A DNA stretch of 64,000 nucleotides, from positions 792,007 through 856,006 of the forward strand of contig JACROE010000002.1 of NCBI GenBank assembly GCA_016214565.1, in the 5' to 3' direction. This stretch comes from Candidatus Kerfeldbacteria bacterium. GTDB lineage: Bacteria; Patescibacteriota; Patescibacteriia; UBA10025; JAHIVO01. A program made the translations under genes and the position numbers. Positions 1 to 10,904 of the stretch are shown piece by piece (position 1 is the stretch's first letter; each line of letters begins with the position of its first letter). Under the pieces are notes generated by a model. It was not told the DNA's origin, did not search any database, and saw only the letters and a list, made by a program, of their open reading frames with translations.

Positions 1-631
1 TCATGAGGGCGTGGATGTCCGTCCCGTTCGAGTGCATAATACGAAAATTGACAGCTTGGATCGGTTTAAGCTCGGTAAGCGGTTCATATTTTTCATGGGC
101 ACGCTGGAACCGCGTAAGAATGTATCGGCATTATTGCGCGCCTATAAGAAATTTCTCGAATCAGATGCGCGGTATCCGAAGGTGTCTTTTGCTCAGTATC
201 AACTAGTTTTAGCTGGCGCAAAAGGTTTTAAGCATGAGGAAATTTTTGACTTGATCAGACAGCTTAAATTACAGCGCCAGGTCAAATATTTGGGGTATGT
301 GACGCACAATCAAAAAATTGCCTTAATGAAGCGCGCCGCGTGTTTTGCCTTTCCCTCGAGTTATGAAGGATTCGGGTTGCCTGTATTAGAGGCGATGGCT
401 CTCGGAACCCCCGTCATCACCAGTAATGTGTCGTCATTGCCTGAAATCGCCGGCAAGGCCGCGCTGCTGGTAAATCCGGAAAATGATCAAGAAATTGCCC
501 GGGCACTGCAGAAATTACTCTCTGACCCTTCGCTCCAAAAGCGTTTAGGCTTGGTAGGAGAGAAACAGGCGGCGCGTTTTTCCTGGGATGAGGTCGCACG
601 AAAAACGTTAGTGGTGTATAAGAAGGTTTAG
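1..631 (+). CDS. Glycosyltransferase family 1 (GT4-type), C-terminal fragment; the gene starts upstream of the window
   Basis: The reading frame is open from the window edge. It carries the GT1 C-terminal motif [28 protein letters not shown]. Confidence 0.7.
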   Translation, partial: HEGVDVRPVRVHNTKIDSLDRFKLGKRFIFFMGTLEPRKNVSALLRAYKKFLESDARYPKVSFAQYQLVLAGAKGFKHEEIFDLIRQLKLQRQVKYLGYVTHNQKIALMKRAACFAFPSSYEGFGLPVLEAMALGTPVITSNVSSLPEIAGKAALLVNPENDQEIARALQKLLSDPSLQKRLGLVGEKQAARFSWDEVARKTLVVYKKV

Positions 632-639
632 ACAAACTC

Positions 640-1248
640 GTGCTTATCTTACTGGTCGTGATTGCTGTTCCATTACTATTGATTGCCACCGGAATTATCC
701 CACATCGGTTCCGTTGGCATGTATTGGGTATGGTTTGCATTGCGGCGGTGGTGATAACCATCGCTCGTGAGCAAACCTGGTTCGACATCGGCATTCGGTC
801 AGATACACTTGTGCCCGCCGCGATCGGGTATGGAATTTTCGTTATCGTTGGATATGCCGCCATTCGGTGGTATAGCTCTCGCTTAGGTTTGTCTAAAGCT
901 GAAAACTGGAAATCGGATAGCCACTTTCGTTATTTATTTATTCCCATCAGCCTTGCCCAACAATTTGTTTTTATGTCGTTTACCCTGACTCGACTTAAGG
1001 AAGTCTTGGGTATTGGATGGCTGGCAATTATTATGAGCGTGATTATTTTTACCCTGGCGCATGCTGGCTATGGGAATTGGCGGGTTCAGTTGCTGCTCGC
1101 ATTAGTGGGCGGCGCAGGGTTTAGTGTATTATATTATTTTTTCCCAAACTTGATCATCGCGTCGTTGGCTCATATGGCGCTTAATCTGATAGCCGTATAT
1201 TATGGATTTTTTACCACAACGGCTTCTCGAGCTGCCATCAACCAGTGA
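640..1248 (+). CDS. CPBP-family (CAAX-type) intramembrane metalloprotease
   Basis: Polytopic membrane protein with a GTG start. It carries the motifs FTLAHAGYGN and LAHMALN, which are typical of the CPBP family. Confidence 0.5.
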   Translation: MLILLVVIAVPLLLIATGIIPHRFRWHVLGMVCIAAVVITIAREQTWFDIGIRSDTLVPAAIGYGIFVIVGYAAIRWYSSRLGLSKAENWKSDSHFRYLFIPISLAQQFVFMSFTLTRLKEVLGIGWLAIIMSVIIFTLAHAGYGNWRVQLLLALVGGAGFSVLYYFFPNLIIASLAHMALNLIAVYYGFFTTTASRAAINQ

Positions 1249-1284
1249 CAAAAAACAACCTTTTTTGTATACTGTACCAGTCAT

Positions 1285-1743
1285 ATGAAGGTAGTACTTG
1301 TCTACGATTCAGTGTTCGGAAATACTAGCAAAATAGCGCATGCGATATACGGCGCGCTAGGGAAAACCGCCAAAATCATTAAGGCCTGGGAGTTTCAGCC
1401 TGCCATGATTCAATCGGCTGATTTGGTCGTGATGGGGTCGCCAATCAATGTCTGGCGGCCAACCAAAAATATGCTTGAAGTTTTTGTTAAGCTCAAAGGC
1501 GTTGATTTGTCCGGCATCGCGGTAGCGACCTTTGATTCTCGATATGATAAATGGTGGGCGGGGACTGCCTGTACTCGAATCGCTCACGAATTGCAAAGTC
1601 ATGGCGCTGAATTAATTGCCAAGCCTGAACATTTCATCGTACTGGGGCACGAAGGCCCTTTGCGTAATGGTGAAGAGGAACGAGCGAAGGCTTGGGGCGC
1701 GAGTCTGATCCAAAAAGTTTCCACGCGCACACCTCGTGCGTAA
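1285..1743 (+). CDS. Flavodoxin-like protein
   Basis: The N-terminus, MKVVLVYDSVFGNTSKIAHAI, is flavodoxin-like. The start is 11 nt after a TATACT -10 box. Confidence 0.5.
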   Translation: MKVVLVYDSVFGNTSKIAHAIYGALGKTAKIIKAWEFQPAMIQSADLVVMGSPINVWRPTKNMLEVFVKLKGVDLSGIAVATFDSRYDKWWAGTACTRIAHELQSHGAELIAKPEHFIVLGHEGPLRNGEEERAKAWGASLIQKVSTRTPRA

Positions 1744-1811
1744 CAGTTTCATGGAAGAGTCGGGGATGCCTTGCCAAGAGGCGTTTTTTAGGTTAGAGTA
1801 GGAGTTACCGT

Positions 1812-4715
1812 ATGACACCGGACGAGAAGAAAAACCAACGAATGGCATTCCCAGAAATTGAAGAACGAATCCTGAAATTTTGGGAAAAGGAAAAAATATT
1901 TGAACAGAGTCTTGCCCAAACGAAAGCGGGTAAGCCGTTTGTTTTCTTTGAGGGGCCACCGACGGCCAATGGCCGCCCGGGCATTCATCATGTCTTGGCC
2001 CGCGCCTACAAAGACGTGGTGCTCCGGTACAAAACCATGCAGGGATTTTTTGTGGAGCGGAAGGCTGGTTGGGATACCCATGGCTTACCGGTTGAATTGC
2101 AAGTAGAAAAGCAATTGGGCATTTCGGGCAAACCCGATATTGAAAAATTTGGCATCGCGGAATTTAATCAGAAATGCAAAGAATCAGTGTGGCAGTATAA
2201 AGAAGAATGGGAGCGCCTGACCAAGCGCATGGGTTTTTGGCTGGATCTCGAGCATCCCTATGTCACCTACGAACCGGCGTATGTAGAGAGCCTCTGGTGG
2301 GTGATCAAGCAGATTTGGGATAAGGACTTATTATATCGCGGCCACAAAGTCGTGCCGCATTGTCCGCGTTGTGGCACGGCACTTTCCTCGCATGAAGTAG
2401 CCCAGGGGTACAAAGACGTCACTGACACGTCAGTATTTGTAAAGTTTAAAGTCGTTGATCAGGACGATACTTATATCGTTTCTTGGACCACGACACCCTG
2501 GACGTTGCCGGGCAATGTGGCGCTGGCCGTAGGGAAGGATATTGATTACGTCAAAGTAAAAATAGACGGAAGCTTTTATTATTGTGCGGCAGGGGTGGTT
2601 GACCGTTTAGGCAGCACTTATAAAGTAGTTGAAGAATTAAAGGGTGCCGCGTTGGTTGGGTTGCACTATGAACCGTTATTTGCCATCAACGAATTACAAT
2701 CACCAACGTCGTATCAGGTGTATGCGGCCGATTTTGTAAATACGGAAGAGGGCACCGGCGTGGTTCATACCGCAGTAATGTATGGCGAGGATGACTATCG
2801 CTTAGGCGAATCCATTGGATTGCCAAAATTCCACACCGTGGATGAGCAGGGTAAATTTACCACAGCGGTGCCCGAATTCGCCGGGAAGTTTGTAAAGTCG
2901 GCAACGACGGAGCGGGCGATTATTGCATCTTTGTCTGAGCGCGAGTTATTACTCCGTGAAGAACCCTATAAACATTCTTACCCATTCTGCTGGCGTTGTG
3001 ATACGCCATTATTATATTATGCAAAAGATTCGTGGTTTATCGCCATGACGAAATTGAAAGAGCAATTGATCGCGAATAATAAAACGATTAACTGGGTACC
3101 GTCTCATTTACAGCAAGGAAGATTTGGTGAATGGTTGAACGAGGTGAAAGACTGGGCGTTTTCTCGCGAACGGTATTGGGGAACGCCATTGCCGATTTGG
3201 CGCTCCGCGGACGATCAATATCTGTGTATCGGCTCATTTGCAGAATTGAAACAGTACGCGCAAAAGCAAGAATTAGTTGGCGAGGCATTCGATCCGCACC
3301 GGCCGTTTGTAGATGATATTGTATTAGTGAAAGATGGTAGGGAATATCACCGGGTGCCGGAAGTGATTGATGTGTGGTTTGATTCGGGCGCCATGCCGTT
3401 TGCCCAGTGGCATTATCCGTTTGAGAATGCGGAGCGGATTGATACCGGTGTTAGTTTCCCGGCTGACTATATTTCCGAAGCAGTTGACCAAACCCGCGGC
3501 TGGTTCTACACCTTGCTGGCCGTTTCCACGTTGATCGGTAAATCAGCGCCGTATCAAAACGTCGTTTGTCTCGGGCATATTTTGGATGACAAGGGGCAGA
3601 AGATGTCGAAGTCAAAAGGCAACGTCGTGGACCCATTTGTTATGATGGACACCTACGGCGTGGATGCAGTGCGGTGGTTTCTCTTTACGGTGAATCAGCC
3701 GGGCGAGGCAAAATTATTCGTTGAACAGCAGGTACATGAGGTGGTGAAGAAAAATTGGATGATTCTATCCAATGTCGTTTCTTTTTGGAAACTGTATGCC
3801 GGTGAAGTGCGGAGCGAACCAGAGCGCCCCCAGGTCTCGCATGTGCTGGACCAGTGGGCATTAGCACGACTGGATAGCGTGGTCGCATTTGTCACCCAGA
3901 AATTTGATGTCTATGCGATTACTGAAGCCACCCGCGCCATCACCGACTATATCCAAGACCTGTCGACTTGGTATGTGCGTCGCTCTCGTGGTCGGATGAA
4001 ACAGGCGTCGGTGGATAAAGATCAGGCGCTGCAGACGTTGCAATATTCTTTAGTTACCTTGAGTAAGGTATTGGCACCCGCCGCGCCATTCTTTGCCGAA
4101 TGGATGTATCAGGAGACGACAGGGGCGAAGCAAAAAAGCGTGCATCTGGCCACTTGGCCGGCCGCTCACGCAGTTGATGCAGAACTTTTGAAAAAGATGC
4201 AGCAGGTGCGGGCAGTGGTTGAATTGGGCCACAGTTTACGCAAAACAAAAGAAATAAAAGTTCGGCAGCCATTGTCTCAATTAGTCATTCCCGAGCTGGC
4301 TTTGGATGCAGATTTATTGACCATTATCCAGGAAGAGCTGAATGTGGTCAGCGTTGTTCCCGCCAAAAAAATGCCAACCGGCGTTGAATTTGTGGCGAGC
4401 AGCGAGGGATCGATGCAGGTGGCGCTTGATATTACTATTACTGATGAATTGAAACAACAGGGTATCGTCCGCGAAATTGTGCGGCACCTCAATGCTCTGC
4501 GCAAAGATGCCGGCCTGACCATTACTGACCACATCACGGTCTATTATGAAATCGGCAGTGAAGAGCTAGAGGGGATTGTCAAGCATTTTAGAGATGTCAT
4601 TTGCCGGGAAGTGGTGGCGGATCATTGCTTGAAAGACATTCCAGAAAATGTTGATCTGAAGAAAGTACTTGACCTCGGGGGCACTAAATTACTTTTTGGC
4701 ATCAAAAAACTTTAA
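1812..4715 (+). CDS. ileS: Isoleucine--tRNA ligase
   Basis: Class I aaRS with a HIGH-like PGIHHV box and KMSKS. The motifs CWRCDTPLLYYA, DWAFSRERYWGTPLPIW and VPHCPRCGTAL fit IleRS better than ValRS or LeuRS. Confidence 0.75.
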   Translation: MTPDEKKNQRMAFPEIEERILKFWEKEKIFEQSLAQTKAGKPFVFFEGPPTANGRPGIHHVLARAYKDVVLRYKTMQGFFVERKAGWDTHGLPVELQVEKQLGISGKPDIEKFGIAEFNQKCKESVWQYKEEWERLTKRMGFWLDLEHPYVTYEPAYVESLWWVIKQIWDKDLLYRGHKVVPHCPRCGTALSSHEVAQGYKDVTDTSVFVKFKVVDQDDTYIVSWTTTPWTLPGNVALAVGKDIDYVKVKIDGSFYYCAAGVVDRLGSTYKVVEELKGAALVGLHYEPLFAINELQSPTSYQVYAADFVNTEEGTGVVHTAVMYGEDDYRLGESIGLPKFHTVDEQGKFTTAVPEFAGKFVKSATTERAIIASLSERELLLREEPYKHSYPFCWRCDTPLLYYAKDSWFIAMTKLKEQLIANNKTINWVPSHLQQGRFGEWLNEVKDWAFSRERYWGTPLPIWRSADDQYLCIGSFAELKQYAQKQELVGEAFDPHRPFVDDIVLVKDGREYHRVPEVIDVWFDSGAMPFAQWHYPFENAERIDTGVSFPADYISEAVDQTRGWFYTLLAVSTLIGKSAPYQNVVCLGHILDDKGQKMSKSKGNVVDPFVMMDTYGVDAVRWFLFTVNQPGEAKLFVEQQVHEVVKKNWMILSNVVSFWKLYAGEVRSEPERPQVSHVLDQWALARLDSVVAFVTQKFDVYAITEATRAITDYIQDLSTWYVRRSRGRMKQASVDKDQALQTLQYSLVTLSKVLAPAAPFFAEWMYQETTGAKQKSVHLATWPAAHAVDAELLKKMQQVRAVVELGHSLRKTKEIKVRQPLSQLVIPELALDADLLTIIQEELNVVSVVPAKKMPTGVEFVASSEGSMQVALDITITDELKQQGIVREIVRHLNALRKDAGLTITDHITVYYEIGSEELEGIVKHFRDVICREVVADHCLKDIPENVDLKKVLDLGGTKLLFGIKKL

Positions 4716-4723
4716 CGCTGGCT

Positions 4724-5473
4724 ATGGGTATGTACCAGCTGACCGGCATCATCCTCCGGCATCAGGATGTTCGCGAGGTTGATCGTTTGGTGACCATTTA
4801 TTCTCAGGAACAGGGAATGGCGACGCTCCGGGCACGGGGTGTGCGAAAAATTTCGAGTAAATTAGCGGGCAGTTTGGAGCCGTTACAGGCAGCGGTACTC
4901 ACCGCAGTTACTGGTGCTACATTTGACACGATCACTGGAGCAGAAATTCAATCTACCTTTCCTAGCATTCACTTAGACCCGCGCCGGAAAGCGGTAGCTT
5001 GGTTTTGTGCTGCGCTGGTGGCGACGGTCAGCCATGAACGGCAGCGCGATACTCGGGTTTATCAATTGCTTGAGCAAACATTTGTAGCGCTCGAAACACA
5101 TGATGGCCCAGCCCTCTATCAATTATTGCGTTGGCATTTTTCATGGCGCTTATTGGTGTTGTTGGGGCACGCCCCAGAATTACGCAATTGCATGGTGTGT
5201 CATCAGGCGATGTCGGCAGATGATACAATGTTTTCTGTCAAACGTGGGGGACTCGTTCATCTGCGGTGCCGCGGCGTTGACGCGTCGGCACGCCCAATTA
5301 CCACGACAACAATTAAGCTTATTCGTGAATTGTGTAATGAGGATATGAAACGCGTTCGACGGCTGCGTTATCCGGCTTCGATTGCTCGGGAATCGGACAC
5401 GCTCATTGACACTTTTCTTAGTTATATTTTTGAGCGAGACATATCCTTTGGCGCATTTGGGACTTTGGTCTAA
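4724..5473 (+). CDS. recO: DNA repair protein RecO
   Basis: RecO-like N-terminal OB region (GIILRHQDVREVDRLVTIY) and a central CxxC...C..C zinc-finger region (CMVCHQ...LRCRG). Confidence 0.55.
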   Translation: MGMYQLTGIILRHQDVREVDRLVTIYSQEQGMATLRARGVRKISSKLAGSLEPLQAAVLTAVTGATFDTITGAEIQSTFPSIHLDPRRKAVAWFCAALVATVSHERQRDTRVYQLLEQTFVALETHDGPALYQLLRWHFSWRLLVLLGHAPELRNCMVCHQAMSADDTMFSVKRGGLVHLRCRGVDASARPITTTTIKLIRELCNEDMKRVRRLRYPASIARESDTLIDTFLSYIFERDISFGAFGTLV

Positions 5474-5476
5474 TGT

Positions 5477-7588
5477 TTGGTATACTATGAGTGTATGGCA
5501 CGGAAACAAAAATCACCAACTACTGGCGTACCGACCGAAATAACGACTGATGATCAGGAGGCGTTTTCTAAGGATGAACTAGCGTCACTGGAGTCGGTTC
5601 GGCCCGCATCCAATTCGATATCGCAATCACGAGTGATTAAGGTTGAAGAAGAAGCGGAGCCGGCCACGCCTAAGTCAAGCCGAAAAAAAATATCCGAAGC
5701 AGCACAGCAGTTTTCCGATTTATATCGGCGCGGCATAGGGGGTACACCGTCGACGCATTTTGACCGAACAGTACCAGGCCGCCGTAAAAAAATCATTATC
5801 GCCGTTATCTGCGGTTTGTTGGTAATCTGCGGTGCAGTCGCCGCCGGGTTCTATTTTTTTGTGAATCGAGAGGCTCAATTTGCCAATGAATCAATCTCTG
5901 TTCGATTTGAAGATGAACCGGTGATTACTTCCGGCTCTTCGTCGACGCTCATCATTATCGTGGAGAATAATGAATCAGTTGCCGTGCAGGATGTTGAATT
6001 AACCCTACAGCTGCCCGACTCATTTACTTTTGAGTCCTCAATTCCCCAAGCGGAAAACGAAGCGCATAATGCTTGGCAGCTTGGCACCATTGAACCGGGA
6101 AAGCAGAAACGTTTGAGCCTAACGGGAATGTTTTTGGGTGAAACTGGCAGTGCCATTACTTTTCCAACAATTCTTAGCTATACGCCATCGAATTTTAGCT
6201 CAGTTTTCCAAACCCAGACGACGCTCCAGACGACCATCAGCGGTTCGGTGCTTGAACTTGATCTGGAGAGCCCACCAAAAAGCATTGCGGGTCGCGATGA
6301 TCTGTATACATTAACACTGACTAATACCGCTGATCATCCTATTGCCCAGGTGGAAATCTCGGTCACCGCCCCCAATGACATGACGGTGAGCAATGTGAGT
6401 CCCGACCCACGGACTGAGGGTAAGCTGATCTGGGCAATCGCAGAAATCAAGGCGGGTGAAGAAATGCAATTCTCCTGGTCAGGTCGCATGGATGCAGCGC
6501 AGGGCACCAGTGGTGAAATACTGGCACAAGCTGGATATACCGATAGCGCAGGTGTATATGTGCCACAGGCGGAAATTACCGCGTTGGTATTTGTGATTAA
6601 TCCGCAATTATTAGTAACCGTGCAGCAGAATGATAGCATCAATGGTGAGCCGCGCGGGTTTGGTGAGCCAGTGGCGTATACGATCATGCTCGAGAATGGG
6701 AGTGATAGTATTATTGAAAATGTGATTGTCGATTTTAAACTTGTGGGAGCGGTCATCAATTGGGATGGCCTCATTGATCCGTTTGCTGGCCATCTCACTG
6801 ACGGGACATTGACGTGGGACTCGACCACCGTGCCAGCGCTGAAGTCGCTAGCGCCCAATGATACAGCGGAAATCTCAATGACCGTACCGGTGAGCAATAC
6901 TTTTACCCCATCCTCCGCAGACGATGGTAATTTTACGATTACGGCTACCGCGACCGCGCACTCGTCAGATGTTCGGGATTTGGAGGGTGAAACGCTGTCA
7001 GTGACGAGTGAGCCCTTAGTGACTAAGATAACGAGTGCTGTTACCTTGCGCAGCGAAGGGAGATATTATAATGACGAATATATTCCAGTTGGGTCTGGTC
7101 CATATCCTCCGGAAGTCGGCACGGCAACGACTTATCGAGTGTACTGGTATTTGCAGAATACGACCAATGAAGTTCAGCAGGTGACCGTAAGTGCAACATT
7201 GCCACAGGGAGTCGTTTGGGCGTTCCAGAGTTCAGCCACGGCGGGGAGTGTCAGCTATGATGCCGAAACCCGAGTAGTCACCTGGTCAATCAACCGATTG
7301 CCGAGGCACGTTGGTCAATTTATTCCCGAACTTGAAGCGTCATTTGCCCTGAGCATGACGCCTGCCGTGAGCGATGTCGGCGATGTCTTGGTACTGCTCA
7401 ATGCCACGACGGTCAGCGGCACTGACGCATTTACTGAAAGTGAAATAGCCAAAACAAGCGCGCCGATCACGAGTGCGCTTCCGACTGATCCTGTCGCGGC
7501 AGGTGATGGAGCCGTCATCATGCCCAAGCCGACCAATAGCAACAGCAATACTAATTCGAACAGCAACCTTAATACGAACGCGAGTTAG
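5477..7588 (+). CDS. Large membrane-anchored surface protein with DUF11-like repeats and an Asn/Ser/Thr-rich C-terminal tail
   Basis: N-terminal transmembrane segment and repeated units of the form LTLTNTADHPIAQVEISVTAP. The low-complexity tail reads NSNSNTNSNSNLNTNAS. The likely true start is ATG 5495, 9 nt after a TATACT box. Confidence 0.5.
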   Translation: MVYYECMARKQKSPTTGVPTEITTDDQEAFSKDELASLESVRPASNSISQSRVIKVEEEAEPATPKSSRKKISEAAQQFSDLYRRGIGGTPSTHFDRTVPGRRKKIIIAVICGLLVICGAVAAGFYFFVNREAQFANESISVRFEDEPVITSGSSSTLIIIVENNESVAVQDVELTLQLPDSFTFESSIPQAENEAHNAWQLGTIEPGKQKRLSLTGMFLGETGSAITFPTILSYTPSNFSSVFQTQTTLQTTISGSVLELDLESPPKSIAGRDDLYTLTLTNTADHPIAQVEISVTAPNDMTVSNVSPDPRTEGKLIWAIAEIKAGEEMQFSWSGRMDAAQGTSGEILAQAGYTDSAGVYVPQAEITALVFVINPQLLVTVQQNDSINGEPRGFGEPVAYTIMLENGSDSIIENVIVDFKLVGAVINWDGLIDPFAGHLTDGTLTWDSTTVPALKSLAPNDTAEISMTVPVSNTFTPSSADDGNFTITATATAHSSDVRDLEGETLSVTSEPLVTKITSAVTLRSEGRYYNDEYIPVGSGPYPPEVGTATTYRVYWYLQNTTNEVQQVTVSATLPQGVVWAFQSSATAGSVSYDAETRVVTWSINRLPRHVGQFIPELEASFALSMTPAVSDVGDVLVLLNATTVSGTDAFTESEIAKTSAPITSALPTDPVAAGDGAVIMPKPTNSNSNTNSNSNLNTNAS

Positions 7589-8201
7589 GCTCGCGGAGTA
7601 TCAGGTGGAGAATGATGCTGAGAGCCGCAAAGAATGCCGCCCCTCCGAGGAGATAGGTGGCGATCATGGTTATTGTTTGACCGGAACTGATCAGTAAAAG
7701 TGCTACGGCGATGCTTTCAAGCGTCATTTTTATTTTTCCGGCGTTATTGGCTCCTAACCTTGGTTTCCGCTGCGTAAATCGTTGTACCAGCGGGCTGATC
7801 ACGATTGCTAAAATCACTAATCCTAATTCCAGACCGACCAGGGTGTAGATGATGGCGTCAGCGACTCTGTCGAGTGCCACAATAAAAAAGACGGTAATAA
7901 TAAGTATCTTATCAGCGGCCGGGTCAAATAATTTTCCTGTGGTTGTTTCGTGTCCACGCTGCCGGGCGACCACGCCGTCCAATACATCAGTCACTAATGC
8001 GACACCAAACACAATCAGCGTGCTGACGATATAGCCTCGGGTGTATAGCCAGTATATCGGGATTACCAATATGATACGGAGTATCGTAATGCCATTCGGT
8101 GTGACCCAGCGGGGGAGGCGCTGTGCCGTTCCGGCGAGAAGCGCATCTTTACGCTGATGGAGTTTGCCGAGCAATGTATGATTTATCGAGTCAGCGCGCA
8201 T
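7569..8201 (-). CDS. CDP-alcohol phosphatidyltransferase family protein (PgsA-like)
   Basis: Motif DVLDGVVARQRGHETTTGKLFDPAADK (D-x2-DG-x2-AR...G...D) in a multi-pass membrane protein. Its 3' end overlaps the convergent upstream gene by 20 nt. Confidence 0.6.
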   Translation of the reverse strand: MRADSINHTLLGKLHQRKDALLAGTAQRLPRWVTPNGITILRIILVIPIYWLYTRGYIVSTLIVFGVALVTDVLDGVVARQRGHETTTGKLFDPAADKILIITVFFIVALDRVADAIIYTLVGLELGLVILAIVISPLVQRFTQRKPRLGANNAGKIKMTLESIAVALLLISSGQTITMIATYLLGGAAFFAALSIILHLILREPNSRSY

Positions 8202-8236
8202 AGTGTATACTACTACTGTACCGGTTATTCTACCGG

Positions 8237-9349
8237 GTGTCTATGGTTACACACTATCGAGTTATTACTACCAGCAAAAAATCATCTGCCCGCACTGGGC
8301 AACTTCGCACCGCTCACGGAACGGTGACGACTCCGGCCTTTATGCCCATCGCTACCCGTGGAGCAGTCAAGACATTGTCAGCTGAGGATATGCAGTATGT
8401 CCAGTCTGACATACTTTTGTCGAATACATATCATTTGTGGCAGCGTCCAGGATTGCGTGTTATTAAGAAATTTGGTGGGCTTCATGACTTTATGCAGTGG
8501 CCGGGCCCCATCCTGACAGACTCTGGCGGTTATCAAGTATTTTCATTATCACAACGGCGCACCATCACTGAACGCGGGGTGAAATTTGTTTCGGAAATGG
8601 ATGGTCAGACACTTTTTTTGACTCCTGAAAAAGCCATTGATATTCAACATACTTTGGGTTCAGACATTATCATGGTGCTCGATGAGTGCCCGCCGTATCC
8701 GACGACCGCCAGCTACGCAGAGACGTCTATGGAATTGACTACCCGCTGGGCGGCTCGTGCGATTACCCAGTACAAGAAAAAAAAGATTCGGAACCAATTG
8801 CTTTTTGGCATTGTGCAGGGCGCGACATTCCCTGAATTGCGTCAGCGGCATGCTCAAGAGTTACGCCAGTTGCCGTTTCATGGGTATGCGGTGGGTGGTT
8901 TGGCAGTGGGTGAGCCTGAAGAAACCATGTATTCCATGTTAGACGCGACGGTGCCGTATTTGCCCACGGAAAAGCCGCGCTATTTGATGGGTGCGGGCAA
9001 GCCTGAGCAAATCATAGAGGCAGTGCGGCGGGGGATCGACATGTTTGACTGTGTAATTCCGACGCGCAATGCTCGGCATGGCCTATTGTATGTTTGGCGC
9101 ACGACGTCATTGAAAGGAAAATTTTATGACGTGGTGCATATTAAGCGAGCCCAATACCAAAACGACACAACTCCGATTGACCGTTTGAGTTCTGTGACAA
9201 CTTCAAAAAAATATTCTCGTGCCTATTTACGCCATTTATTTATGATGGGAGATCCACTGGCGTTGCGGCTGGCGTCTTTGCAAAATGTGGGTTTTTATTT
9301 GGAATTGATGCGGCGATTGAGGGTAGGCATTAAAGGTGGTACACTGTAA
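8237..9349 (+). CDS. tgt: Queuine tRNA-ribosyltransferase
   Basis: Tgt signatures are present along the full length, including LRTAHGTVTTPAFMPIATRGAVKTL, DILLSNTYHL and LTDSGGYQVFSL. Confidence 0.8.
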   Translation: MSMVTHYRVITTSKKSSARTGQLRTAHGTVTTPAFMPIATRGAVKTLSAEDMQYVQSDILLSNTYHLWQRPGLRVIKKFGGLHDFMQWPGPILTDSGGYQVFSLSQRRTITERGVKFVSEMDGQTLFLTPEKAIDIQHTLGSDIIMVLDECPPYPTTASYAETSMELTTRWAARAITQYKKKKIRNQLLFGIVQGATFPELRQRHAQELRQLPFHGYAVGGLAVGEPEETMYSMLDATVPYLPTEKPRYLMGAGKPEQIIEAVRRGIDMFDCVIPTRNARHGLLYVWRTTSLKGKFYDVVHIKRAQYQNDTTPIDRLSSVTTSKKYSRAYLRHLFMMGDPLALRLASLQNVGFYLELMRRLRVGIKGGTL

Positions 9350-9737
9350 GCGTATGCATGATTTCTTCAAGCCGACAAAAGCAAAAATAATATTAGCGTT
9401 ATTGATTCCGCTCTATATCGGATATGTAGTGGAAGTTACTAGCGTAACCGTGTCTGGGGCAACCTTTGATTTGACACGCGAATCCTGGCATATCACCGCT
9501 TTGCCTTACGCGGCGCTCATTTTTGGCGCTCTCGGCGTGATCGTCGGCCGGGAAAATTATTTTAGTGAATTGCAGAATTACTCGTTCATGCAGGGGGTTT
9601 GGTATTTCATACTTGAGGCTGTGTTACCGCTGTTGATTACGTATTTGTTGAGTTGCGGCATTATGTATGTCTATCGCCGATTTTTTCCAAGCAAAAAACC
9701 CGTTCCAATTCCAAATCAAAAAGACCTCGAACTGTAA
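9336..9737 (+). CDS. Hypothetical membrane protein
   Basis: Three or four hydrophobic helices; no recognisable motif. The start is probably internal, at MHDFFK. Confidence 0.35.
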   Translation: MVHCKRMHDFFKPTKAKIILALLIPLYIGYVVEVTSVTVSGATFDLTRESWHITALPYAALIFGALGVIVGRENYFSELQNYSFMQGVWYFILEAVLPLLITYLLSCGIMYVYRRFFPSKKPVPIPNQKDLEL

Positions 9738-9832
9738 TTTATTATCAACGAAAGTATCTACAACGCGCGAGCGTTGTTTTATTGTCAGCTTTCTGGTACA
9801 ATACTCCTACTAAAAAAGTAAATGAAACAAAG

Positions 9833-10309
9833 ATGATTTCAATTCGAAAAGCGAACTGTGATGACGGGCAAACCGTATCTCAATTACTGCATTCTCGGTA
9901 TTCCTTCTCGACCGAAGATGAAGCCGCAGCAGTTTTTACTCATGAATGTGAGTATCAGCATTATCGCATTGCTGAGGTGGATGGCAAGCCGGTAGGCTTA
10001 ATCAGCTGGCGGCCGCAGGGAACTGAACGGCATGGGGTGGTGGAATTAACTCGGATCGCTGTTGCCCCTGACGTTGAAGACCGCGCTTTTGTCAAAGAAT
10101 TATTATTTGATCAAATGATTGCCGAAGCAGATTATTATTATAAACAGCACGGAAAACATCTGCGCAAAGTTTTTTCAATGATTCATGCGGACAATAAAGA
10201 TGTCAAGGAATTTTTCCAGAATAAAGGTATGCACCAGGAAGCAATTTTGCGCAATCACTTCCATCGCGGCACTGACGAATTGGTGTATTCGATATTTCTA
10301 GCCGCTTAA
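9833..10309 (+). CDS. Hypothetical protein, possibly with an acyltransferase-like fold
   Basis: Coding-like ORF downstream of a TGGTACAAT extended -10 box. The N-extended ORF in the track overlaps the upstream gene, so ATG 9833 was chosen. Confidence 0.3.
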   Translation: MISIRKANCDDGQTVSQLLHSRYSFSTEDEAAAVFTHECEYQHYRIAEVDGKPVGLISWRPQGTERHGVVELTRIAVAPDVEDRAFVKELLFDQMIAEADYYYKQHGKHLRKVFSMIHADNKDVKEFFQNKGMHQEAILRNHFHRGTDELVYSIFLAA

Positions 10310-10320
10310 TATTTTTTTAC

Positions 10321-10797
10321 ATGCGAACACGCTTAGCGCTCTTCATCGCTACGGGATTCGGCAGTGGGTATCTGCCTATTGGGCCAGGGAGTTGGGGTTC
10401 GTTCATGATGGCAGTCGCCGCCTGGTGGTTACTGGGACTTCCCTGGTGGCTGTACGGCACTATCATGGTGGGTATTTTTATTATCGGTCTATGGGCAAGT
10501 CAGATCGCCGATCCGTTATTACCCCACGTGAAAGGCGGGACGCATGATAGTACACATATAGTGATCGATGAATGGGTGGGTATGCTTATTACGTTTATCC
10601 CCTTATTTTGGTATGACGTAACGTTATTGCACCTTACCATGGGCTTTTTGATTTTCCGCATTTTTGACACGTTGAAATTCGGATTGGCTCGGTGGGCCGA
10701 TCGATGGGGAAGCTCGTGGGGGGTCATGGTTGATGACGTTTTTGCGGGCATGCATGCTGCGCTTGTTTTTTGGGCAGCCTTGTTAATTATGTATTAA
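10321..10797 (+). CDS. pgpA: Phosphatidylglycerophosphatase A
   Basis: The PgpA N-terminal signature LFIATGFGSGYLPIGPGSWGS is present in a membrane protein. Confidence 0.7.
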   Translation: MRTRLALFIATGFGSGYLPIGPGSWGSFMMAVAAWWLLGLPWWLYGTIMVGIFIIGLWASQIADPLLPHVKGGTHDSTHIVIDEWVGMLITFIPLFWYDVTLLHLTMGFLIFRIFDTLKFGLARWADRWGSSWGVMVDDVFAGMHAALVFWAALLIMY

Positions 10798-10904
10798 GCG
10801 ATTGGGACGTTTTTGATCAGGCGGCGCCAGGGTAATTTGTTTTTTGTTACTTTACAAATACCTAAAAAAATGGTACTCTGAGTATAGAAAAATAAAAATT
10901 CACT

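Noticed and set aside
6334-6897. 187-aa minus-strand ORF, and similar antisense ORFs inside ileS, clpB-like, atpA/atpD and the 916-aa lipoprotein gene
   Set aside because: All are embedded antisense in long, well-supported genes and lack start signals.
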